A stretch of 56,090 nt of DNA. Source: Eubacteriales bacterium (lineage in GTDB: Bacteria > Bacillota > Clostridia > Oscillospirales > QAKW01). The notes under the pieces are model-generated. The model was not told the origin of the DNA and did not search any database. It saw only the letters and a list, made by a program, of their open reading frames with translations. This document shows, in pieces, positions 16,642 to 24,262 of this stretch. Every line of letters starts with the position of its first letter. The first letter of the stretch is position 1. A program made the translations under genes and the position numbers. The stretch spans positions 1-56,090 of the forward strand of contig JAZKZG010000040.1 in NCBI GenBank assembly GCA_045612565.1, written 5' to 3'.

Positions 16642-17986
16642 ACTTTTACCACGTTTTCCGCTTTCAAATCCACGCAGACTGTGGCAACAGGACAACTTTG
16701 TTCTGTCAAACTTCTGTCCCGGACCTCTCGGTCTTGAAAAAAACACACCCGAAGACGACAGAATTATGCGCCGAAGCGTTAAAACTTGCTACGATGCGGG
16801 CTTTAACCTTTTAGAACTCGGCTGGGCAAGTCCATCCGGTGCAAAGGCAGCTGTGCAGATGGCAGAACAACTCGGTATCGGAATAATTTATCAAAACCTT
16901 ATGCGCTATGGCGGTATGGGTCCCAAAAACATTTTTTGTAAAACAAACGACCTGCTCGGTTCAATGGATGAAATGCGCCGTTGGAAATCGGTTGTGGGTT
17001 ACTATATCTGGGACGAGCCAACAACAATCGAGCAGATGCAGGTTACACGCAAGATGATTGATATGTGTGAGCGCGAAAGACCGTCTGCTCTTCCCTTTAC
17101 TGTGGCAAACCCGAGCTATAACAGACGCTTTTACTGGAAAGACGGCAACTACTCAAAATATATCGACAACTTCCTCGATATAATCGACCCGCCCGTTATG
17201 TCGTTTGACTATTATCCTGTAGGTACAAAAGAGCACGACAAAGAGCGTCAGCTTGACGAGTCACTTATGTGGTGCGACCTTGAGTACGTGCGCCGCGCAT
17301 CAAAAAAACGTAACGTTCCGTTCTGGTTTTATTATCAGGGTGAGAATTTACATAAAGAGGAGTTTTATATCTTCCCGATGATAAGACTTATGATGCACTC
17401 AGCACTCCTTTACGGCGTAAAGGGTCTTCAGCAGTATACCGCCCAACATTGTGTTATTGACGAAAAGGGCGGTCACGGTGAGTTTTTTGAAGATATAAAG
17501 CAAATTCACAAAGAACTTGCAGAGCTTGGCAGAACACTTATGGCACTCGAATGTACTCACGTAATCCACGACGATGCACTGCTTCCCGATTGTCCGTATA
17601 TGGAAAATCTCCGCACACCTATGAGCGAAAGCAAACTGCTTACAGGCAAACTTCCGTATCGTACTTCAATTTCGGAACTTACCGACAGTTACGGCAACGA
17701 CTATCTTATGGTTGTTAACCGCGACTATCTTAATGCTAAGGATATTACTCTTGAATTTAAAGAGGATATGCGCGTATACGAGGTGAGCCGTGAGGACGGT
17801 GAGCAGAGAGTTATTTGCGATAGCACCCGCACACTTACACAAAACTTTATCGAGGGCGGAATGGCGCTTTATCGCATAGAGCCTGTGGCAAACGAGCCGT
17901 CAATTGTTGAATATTATCTTGAAAAAGACCTTATTCCAACAACCGAAATTGCACCCATCGAAGACCCGCCTTATCCGAGAGATTAA
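16631..17986 (+). CDS. Uncharacterised glycoside-hydrolase-like TIM-barrel protein
   Basis: AGFN, VVGYYIWDEP, MSFDYYP, PFWFYYQ and ALLYGVKG pattern, plus a C-terminal beta domain (YLMVVNRD). ATG 16631 follows AAGGAG and overlaps the MATE 3' end. Confidence 0.6.
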   Translation: MKHKLLPRFPLSNPRRLWQQDNFVLSNFCPGPLGLEKNTPEDDRIMRRSVKTCYDAGFNLLELGWASPSGAKAAVQMAEQLGIGIIYQNLMRYGGMGPKNIFCKTNDLLGSMDEMRRWKSVVGYYIWDEPTTIEQMQVTRKMIDMCERERPSALPFTVANPSYNRRFYWKDGNYSKYIDNFLDIIDPPVMSFDYYPVGTKEHDKERQLDESLMWCDLEYVRRASKKRNVPFWFYYQGENLHKEEFYIFPMIRLMMHSALLYGVKGLQQYTAQHCVIDEKGGHGEFFEDIKQIHKELAELGRTLMALECTHVIHDDALLPDCPYMENLRTPMSESKLLTGKLPYRTSISELTDSYGNDYLMVVNRDYLNAKDITLEFKEDMRVYEVSREDGEQRVICDSTRTLTQNFIEGGMALYRIEPVANEPSIVEYYLEKDLIPTTEIAPIEDPPYPRD

Positions 17987-17992
17987 ATCAAA

Positions 17993-18013
17993 AAATTGTC
18001 CGTGGGACAATTT
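17993..18013 (+). terminator. Weak hairpin after the GH-like gene
   Basis: AAATTGTCC-gtg-GGACAATTT with a short U tract. Confidence 0.4.
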
Positions 18014-18111
18014 CACAAGGCTCTGCATTATATAACTTGGGTACCTTCCTTGAGAATAAGGTTCTTACACGACTATATATAACTTAAAATTGTATTCTTG
18101 AAGCGATTTTT

Positions 18112-20172
18112 ATGAAAAGTGAGTTTATTAAAAAAATATCAAACACCGACGCTTTTATGCAAAATCCCCTATTGCCACTTTGTCTTGGCGAGATAAAGTG
18201 TCGCGAAGGATGGCTTTATAATCAGTTAAAGCTTATGTCGGAGGGCATAACAGGACGGCTTTACGAGTACAGTCCGTACTTTAAAGAGGATCGCAACGGC
18301 TATCTTTACCCAGATACTAAAAAAGGCTGGGAGGAAATTCCGTACTGGCTTCGTGGCTTTTATCCGCTTGCAGTGTTGCTTGACAATAAGCGTATGCTTG
18401 ATATCGCACACACCTATATCGAAGCAATTTTTAAAAGCGCGGATAGTGACGGTTGGTTTGGTCCTGCATATTTAAAGACGTTTAAACAGACCGAAAACGG
18501 CGATGCTATCCCCGACCTATATCCAAATATGATGCTGTCGGATATGCTCTGCCTCTATTATGACTACACAAATGACGAGCGGGTGCTACCACTTTTTAAG
18601 GCGTATTTTGAGTTTTGCCTTTCGCTTTCGGACGAGCAGTTTTTACCGCCGCTTGACGACGGAAAGCTTCGTTGGCAAAAAATCCGCGCAGGCGATATGC
18701 TTGAGCCACTTTATTGGTACTATCGCAAAACAAACGACAAAACCGCGCTGACACTTGCAACCCGAGTTCACCGTGCAATTGCAAAGAGTACCTCAGGCTA
18801 CGTTGGCACCCATGCGGTCGATTTTTCACAGCGCTTTGCATACGATGCAATATATTCACAACAGTCGGGACAAAAGGAACATTTTGACCGTTCGGAATAC
18901 GAATATCAGAAATTTAAAATGGTGTGGGGACAGACTCCGCGCGGCATTTTTGCAGCAGATGAGCAAATTCGAAACGGCGCCATAGACCCGAGACAGTCGT
19001 TTGAGCCGTGCGGCATCGTCGAACTGGCAAAAAACTTCTATTCGCTTACACGTATAAGTGGAGACACGATATACGCCGACAGAGTGGAGGACGTGATGCT
19101 AAATCATTTTGCCGTCTGCTTTACGCCCGATTATAAACAAATTCGCTATCTCACATCGTCAAACGGACCGATTTTGTCAAACTACACGATGGCGGCAACC
19201 TATAACGGAAGTGAAAGTCATGACCGTTCGTATCAGCTTATGACACCAAATAATCGCTGTTGCGGACACAATACCGGTATGGGCTGGCCGTGGTACGTGC
19301 TTAATTTATGGCAAAAAACGTGCGATGGCGGCCTTGCGGCAAATTTGTATGCACCGTGTGAGATAAACACTGATAATATCTCGCTTAAAGTCAAAACCGA
19401 TTATCCGTTTAAAAACACAGTAAATGTTGAAATCGGCTTTGACGGTACCCGCCCCTTATACTTCAGAATCCCCGAGTGGTGCACCGCTTATATTTGCAGA
19501 ATTAACGGCAAGGTAATCGCTACGGGTACGCAAAAGGGCGGTTGGCTCAGAGTTGAACGCGAGTGGAAAACGGGAGAGGAACTCATACTTTCGTTCGGCA
19601 TGGAAATTTCACTCACAAAGTGGGCGGCAAACGGCAGCGTCAGTGTCGATATGGGTCCGCTTACATATTCAGTACGTATTAAAGAAAAATACCGCGTACC
19701 AAAAGACGCACTTGCATATAACCATCCACAGCCGCATCTGTGGGATAACTACGAGATTTTGCCTGATTCGCCGTGGAACTACGGGATTGTAAGAAACGGC
19801 GAGATAACCATCGCATCGGTGGAAAAAGAACTCCCAGCACAACCGTTTGACGAGAAAAATCCACCGATTGTACTACATGCAAAGGCAAAGCAAATTCCCG
19901 AGTGGCAACTGCAGGATTCCTGCGCGTCACAGTTACAGCAAAGTCCCGTCTACTGCGACGAAACAGAACAAACAATCGAGCTTATTCCGATGGGCTGTGC
20001 GCGACTTCGCATCGCGTGTCTTCCTGTTGTAACAGACGACAGTACATTGCCAAAATGGCAAAAGGTACCTTCTCACATCCCGCCCGAAATGCGCGAGACG
20101 ATGTATACACAGCACTATGATTTCAGTACCACAAATGCATACGACGGCCCCTGGAAGCCTGACGATGAATAA
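18112..20172 (+). CDS. GH127/GH146-like (DUF1680) beta-L-arabinofuranosidase-type glycoside hydrolase
   Basis: GWEEIPYWLRG, FEPCG, RCCGHN (Zn/Cys ligands), TDYPF, FRIPEW, GPLTYS and LIPMGCARLRI motifs; no signal peptide; weak SD. Confidence 0.82.
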   Translation: MKSEFIKKISNTDAFMQNPLLPLCLGEIKCREGWLYNQLKLMSEGITGRLYEYSPYFKEDRNGYLYPDTKKGWEEIPYWLRGFYPLAVLLDNKRMLDIAHTYIEAIFKSADSDGWFGPAYLKTFKQTENGDAIPDLYPNMMLSDMLCLYYDYTNDERVLPLFKAYFEFCLSLSDEQFLPPLDDGKLRWQKIRAGDMLEPLYWYYRKTNDKTALTLATRVHRAIAKSTSGYVGTHAVDFSQRFAYDAIYSQQSGQKEHFDRSEYEYQKFKMVWGQTPRGIFAADEQIRNGAIDPRQSFEPCGIVELAKNFYSLTRISGDTIYADRVEDVMLNHFAVCFTPDYKQIRYLTSSNGPILSNYTMAATYNGSESHDRSYQLMTPNNRCCGHNTGMGWPWYVLNLWQKTCDGGLAANLYAPCEINTDNISLKVKTDYPFKNTVNVEIGFDGTRPLYFRIPEWCTAYICRINGKVIATGTQKGGWLRVEREWKTGEELILSFGMEISLTKWAANGSVSVDMGPLTYSVRIKEKYRVPKDALAYNHPQPHLWDNYEILPDSPWNYGIVRNGEITIASVEKELPAQPFDEKNPPIVLHAKAKQIPEWQLQDSCASQLQQSPVYCDETEQTIELIPMGCARLRIACLPVVTDDSTLPKWQKVPSHIPPEMRETMYTQHYDFSTTNAYDGPWKPDDE

Positions 20173-20199
20173 AAAAAGACCCGAAAGGGTCTTTTTTTA
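20170..20199. terminator. Bidirectional intrinsic terminator
   Basis: TAAAAAAAGACCC-gaaa-GGGTCTTTTTTTA perfect hairpin. Confidence 0.92.
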
Positions 20200-21003
20200 T
20201 GGTTTAAAATATTCAAATATTGAAAGCCAACCTTCTTTTATCGCTTTATCGTGAGTGGCTTTGTCGCGGATTGTCCAGCCGACCATTGTCAGTCCCCACA
20301 GCTTTTCACATATTTTAACAGGCAATTCCTTTTTGTGCTTGAAATTGTATGCCACAAAGTCGGGCTTTGTTAAAAAGTTGGTCAAAAGCAACGTCATCAC
20401 AATTTTTAAGGGAAGCGCAAGTTTGTCCTTTGACTTTAAAAAGTTTTGCGAAAGCTGACCGCGAATTATTTCGGGTCTGTTCTTTTTTAGCCATAAAAGT
20501 ACGCGTGGGTCAAAACTCTCGATGCAATATGCACCGTCATAGTCCTTTAATGCATCACAAGTAGCTTTTGCAAGTTCGGCGTGGTTTTTACCAACGGGTT
20601 TTAACTCAATAACAAGCGGAGCCGCGCCGTCATAGAGTTTTAAGACATCACAAAATTCGGGGATAGTCTCATCTGTACCTTCTAAATGAATGTTTTTTAA
20701 ATCTGCTTTGGTAAGATCTTCGACTTTTCCGTCAAGACCTGTTGTTCGTGTGAGAGTGTTATCGTGGAATACTGCAAGTGTGCCGTCTTTTAAAAGATGT
20801 AGGTCGAGTTCGATGCCGTAACCGTTTTCTTTTGCAGCTTTAAATGCCATCATTGAGTTTTCGGGAACACCGTCACCGTGCAGACCGCGGTGGGCATAAT
20901 GGAAATTTTTGAGTTTTTCAAGGTCTGTGTGTCCGCGTCTACCGTCAAGAGCAAGAAGATATGCCAGGATTATAAGCAAAACAATCAGTATTACATTTTC
21001 CAA
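20197..21003 (-). CDS. Glycerophosphodiester phosphodiesterase with N-terminal membrane anchor
   Basis: YAHRGLH, PENS..AF, IELD, VFHD, IELK and IESFDP motifs; TTG start behind GGAGG. Confidence 0.92.
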   Translation of the reverse strand: MENVILIVLLIILAYLLALDGRRGHTDLEKLKNFHYAHRGLHGDGVPENSMMAFKAAKENGYGIELDLHLLKDGTLAVFHDNTLTRTTGLDGKVEDLTKADLKNIHLEGTDETIPEFCDVLKLYDGAAPLVIELKPVGKNHAELAKATCDALKDYDGAYCIESFDPRVLLWLKKNRPEIIRGQLSQNFLKSKDKLALPLKIVMTLLLTNFLTKPDFVAYNFKHKKELPVKICEKLWGLTMVGWTIRDKATHDKAIKEGWLSIFEYFKP

Positions 21004-21006
21004 GGC

Positions 21007-22326
21007 TTAGTCCTCCACATCAAAGGCTTCAAGACCTTTTTTGGTCTCGACCTTATTGTCGCCGTGACGTACAAACGCCATTGTTATAAACGATGCAAAC
21101 ACAAATATTGTTGCATAGGGGAAGAGTGTTTTATAGGAGATGTTTTCAAGCAACCAGCCTGCAACAATGGGTGTTGCAATTTGCGCCGACATCGAGAACG
21201 TGTAGTAAAGGCCCGTGAATTTGCCGACTTCGCTGCCCTTGCACATTTCAACTACCATTGGCAGTGAGTTTACGTTGATTGCCGCCCACGCAACGCCGAC
21301 AAGTACGAAAAGTGCATAGAGAATAGGGCTGAATTTGTCAGAAATCATTGTATACACAAACGCGGCACCAAAACTTGCCGAAAGCAGTAGTGTTCCAAAA
21401 CGTATAGTCTTGCGTCTGCCTATGTTACCTGCGATATTACCTATCGGGATGTAACTTACGATTGCACCCGCTGTTGCAATTGTAAGACAGGTGTTGGCTT
21501 GTCCGAGTGTCATACCCCATGTCTTTGTGGCGTAAACCGAAAACCAGGTGGTGACACCGTTATAGCCGATAAACCATAGTGCAATTGAAACGAGCAAAAA
21601 TGCGAGTGAGCGTTTAACATCTTTGGGCAGAGCCTCGCCTGTTTCGGTTTTCTCTACGAGGTTGTCTTCGGGATGTGCATCCTCATAGACCTTTTGCTCG
21701 GCGCAGAGTTTTGGTTCGTTTACAAGAAACATAACTACTGCAAGTGCACCCAGCATAATGGCACCTACTATTGCAAAGAGCGGAAGGTAGGATACGTATA
21801 CATCCGATTTTGTCTTGTATAAAAATGTTGTTAAGATAAGATAAATGATGCCGCCGAGAGCGCCCATAAGGTTTATGATAGCGTTTGCTTTACTTCTTAG
21901 CGGTTTGGGGGTTACATCAGGCATAAGTGCCACCGCAGGAGAGCGGTAGGTACCCATTGAAATGAGGAGTAATCCAAGGCCAATAATAAAGCAAACCGTT
22001 TTCCACGACGCAGGGCTGTTATGGTAACTGTCGGTTAAAATGGGGAGTGTCATCATAATAACAACCGCCGCAAGAGTACCGAAAAGAATAAACGGACGGC
22101 GTCTGCCCATCTTTGCACGGCACTTGTCCGAAAGACCGCCGAAAAGCGGGAGCAAAAAGAGCGCGAGTATGTTGTCGGCTGCCATAATGATACCCGACAA
22201 GCTCTCACCTATATTAAATGTTTCTGTAAGTATTTTCGGCACAAGGTTGTCGTATAACTGCCAGAAAGCGCAGATTGACAAAAACGCAAAGCCGATAAGA
22301 ACTGTTCGTTTTGTGTTAAGCTTCAT
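21007..22326 (-). CDS. MFS sugar transporter (MalT/SLC45-like)
   Basis: G.LSDK.R..MGRRRPFI, YRSPAVALMPDVTP..LRSKAN and VGKFTGLYY motifs; 12 TM helices. Confidence 0.9.
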   Translation of the reverse strand: MKLNTKRTVLIGFAFLSICAFWQLYDNLVPKILTETFNIGESLSGIIMAADNILALFLLPLFGGLSDKCRAKMGRRRPFILFGTLAAVVIMMTLPILTDSYHNSPASWKTVCFIIGLGLLLISMGTYRSPAVALMPDVTPKPLRSKANAIINLMGALGGIIYLILTTFLYKTKSDVYVSYLPLFAIVGAIMLGALAVVMFLVNEPKLCAEQKVYEDAHPEDNLVEKTETGEALPKDVKRSLAFLLVSIALWFIGYNGVTTWFSVYATKTWGMTLGQANTCLTIATAGAIVSYIPIGNIAGNIGRRKTIRFGTLLLSASFGAAFVYTMISDKFSPILYALFVLVGVAWAAINVNSLPMVVEMCKGSEVGKFTGLYYTFSMSAQIATPIVAGWLLENISYKTLFPYATIFVFASFITMAFVRHGDNKVETKKGLEAFDVED

Positions 22327-22511
22327 AAAAAACTCCTTTTAAAGTAGTATTCATATTATATATAATAATTATTGAAATGTCCACAAAAAAAGGCGCTCAA
22401 AAGCGCTCAATAAAATTATGATATCATATCAAACAAAAACAGTCAACTATTTTCAAATTATTTCTGCAAAATGCACAAAATAGTGTAAAAAACTCTATGC
22501 ACCATTACATA

Positions 22512-22540
22512 TTGTAATATGAAAAAAAGTGTGTTAACAT
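22512..22540 (+). promoter_or_regulatory. Sigma-A promoter driving an intergenic transcript
   Basis: TTGTAA-17-TAACAT with extended TG (22532-22533). The imperfect palindrome TTTCTGCA-aaa-TGCACAAA (22461-22479) lies upstream. Confidence 0.55.
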
Positions 22541-22545
22541 ATAGA

Positions 22546-22898
22546 CAAGAAAGGAAAAGGTGATACCGATGTTCTAAAAAGACCTAAAGGGTTAACAAAC
22601 GGTCGGTAAAGAAATAACCCGTCCTTAAGCAAAGACTTTTTTAAAATTCTTAAATCCAAATTTTAAAAGCACAGTAAAAAGTTTAACGTAAAAAAGGGTC
22701 ATCTCACCGTACGAGATTTATATAGATGTTTTATAGTAATTCAGATTAAATGTGTTTTTAAAAAAGAATTAAAAGTCTTGAGTATTCGAAAGTGAGGTTA
22801 AACGATGTTAGATATTAAGGGAGAACAGAAATGACCCCTTGACCGGTAAAACGCTGTAAAGAAAGTGCGGTCAGAGGGGTCATTTCGTTTTTGTTTTT
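22546..22898 (+). ncRNA. Candidate structured small RNA / leader with mini-ORFs (family not recognised)
   Basis: Bounded by a promoter and a strong terminator. Long-range stem 22632-22673 / 22751-22779. Three SD-ATG mini-ORFs and no long ORF on either strand. Confidence 0.45.
22828..22898 (+). terminator. Strong terminator hairpin with large structured loop
   Basis: GAAATGACCCCT-T-GACCG / CGGTC-A(G)-AGGGGTCATTTC (18 bp, one bulge), followed by GTTTTTGTTTTT. Confidence 0.75.
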
Positions 22899-22921
22899 AC
22901 TCTCTTTAAAATAGGTAGGAT

Positions 22922-22949
22922 TTCGTGTCGATTGTGACACGAATTTTTT
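22922..22949 (+). terminator. Second terminator-like hairpin insulating the DUF1836 promoter
   Basis: TTCGTGTC-gattgt-GACACGAA followed by T6. Confidence 0.55.
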
Positions 22950-22956
22950 ATTATAC

Positions 22957-23002
22957 AATCACGTGATTATCTATTGACAATCACGTGATTGTGTGCTAAT
23001 AT
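22957..23002 (+). promoter_or_regulatory. Sigma-A promoter with tandem AATCACGTGATT palindromic operators
   Basis: TTGACA(22974)-17-TAATAT(22997) with extended TG. Palindrome copies at 22957-22968 and 22979-22990; the second extends to a perfect 16-mer, ACAATCACGTGATTGT. Confidence 0.8.
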
Positions 23003-23032
23003 GATATTAAACAGTACGACGGAGGTGAAAAT

Positions 23033-23587
23033 ATGACGGCAACATATCCCGGAACTACAATAGAGGTAACTTGCCTTGGCGTTGGCAATTCAAAGGTGTT
23101 GTTTGACGGCATTTTTGCCTCGGGCGGAATATCACTGTCACAGGTTTGTGCTATGACGGGGCTTGAGCCGTATATTGTTCAGAATTGGGTTCGGCGCAAG
23201 TTTGTGGAACCACCCGTTAAAAAACTTTATTCAAGACAGCAATTTTCAAGAATAATAATTATTAATATGCTTCGTGAAACATTGCAGATTGACTCGATTT
23301 GCAATCTTATAAATATCATTGTCGGCAACCCGAATGACCCGACTGATGACCTTATAAGTGACGACGAACTGTATCATATATTTGTTGATATGCTTGCTGT
23401 AGGAGGTATTGATTTTACAAATGCACAGTCGGTCGCAGATGCTGCAAAAAAAGCGGTAGAAGGCTTTGATTCGCAAATTGCTGATGCAAAAAACAAACTT
23501 ATAAATATTCTACAGGTTATTATGTATGCACACGCATCATCGCAACTTCGTGATAGTTCAAAAGAAATGTTATCACGCTTAAACTAA
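23033..23587 (+). CDS. DUF1836-domain protein (putative MerR-like wHTH regulator)
   Basis: LSQV...TGL....VQNWVRRKFVEPPVKKLYS...IIIINMLRE.LQID.I pattern; GGAGGTGA SD. Confidence 0.8.
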   Translation: MTATYPGTTIEVTCLGVGNSKVLFDGIFASGGISLSQVCAMTGLEPYIVQNWVRRKFVEPPVKKLYSRQQFSRIIIINMLRETLQIDSICNLINIIVGNPNDPTDDLISDDELYHIFVDMLAVGGIDFTNAQSVADAAKKAVEGFDSQIADAKNKLINILQVIMYAHASSQLRDSSKEMLSRLN

Positions 23588-23600
23588 AGGGGGATTTATT

Positions 23601-24236
23601 ATGGCAATTATGCAGTGGTGGCAGTCACTTGGGCTCGGAACCCAGATTTTTTACTGTATTGCAATTCCTGCAACACTTGTTTTGTTAATTCAGACCGTAT
23701 CTATGCTTTTTGGCATTGATGACGGTGCGGAAGCCGACTTTGACACCGATGTTGGAGATACAGATATCGACGACGGAATTTTTGGTGACGATATTGATAT
23801 GGGCGACGATCTTGATGTTTCGGCACTCGACAGTCTTCACATATTTACATTCCGCGGAATTATTGCATTCTTTGTTGTGTTTGGCTGGGTTGGCGCCACG
23901 ATGCTTGCAAATGGCATAAACCTTTTTATAACACTGCCTGTAGCGTTTGTATGCGGAGCTTTAATGATGTTTGCAATTGCATATATGTTTAAAGGTGTTA
24001 TGCGGCTTCGTCAGAGCGGTACGGTTGATAATCGCAATGCAATCGGCGCCGCGGGTAAAGTATATCTAGAAATCCCACCTTCACGCTCGGGTGAGGGTAA
24101 GGTCAACATTATGCTTCAGGGCGCGTATGTTGAAAAAAATGCCGTTACCGACGAGGGTGAGCCGATACCGACAGGCAGCGAAATTATCGTTGTCGGTCTC
24201 AGTGGCGGCACAACTCTTGTTGTTAAACGTAAATAA
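23601..24236 (+). CDS. NfeD-like membrane protein (YuaF/YqiJ type)
   Basis: N-terminal TM, Asp-rich loop, FTFRGIIAFF..FGW TMs and a C-terminal OB fold (IG..GKVYL.IP..RSGEGKV...); directly upstream of flotillin. Confidence 0.85.
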   Translation: MAIMQWWQSLGLGTQIFYCIAIPATLVLLIQTVSMLFGIDDGAEADFDTDVGDTDIDDGIFGDDIDMGDDLDVSALDSLHIFTFRGIIAFFVVFGWVGATMLANGINLFITLPVAFVCGALMMFAIAYMFKGVMRLRQSGTVDNRNAIGAAGKVYLEIPPSRSGEGKVNIMLQGAYVEKNAVTDEGEPIPTGSEIIVVGLSGGTTLVVKRK

Positions 24237-24262
24237 ATAAATTAAAAAATGGAGGAAAAATT

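Noticed and set aside
22391-22410. GCGCTCAA tandem repeat (aggcgctcaa aagcgctcaa)
   Set aside because: Only two short copies with no spacer structure; not CRISPR-like and could be chance.
22546-22898. T-box, tmRNA, RNase P, SRP or purine/SAM/TPP/cobalamin riboswitch
   Set aside because: None of the hallmark sequences is visible (T-box GGTGGNACC, tmRNA tRNA-like ends, RNase P GAGGAAAGTCC, aptamer cores).
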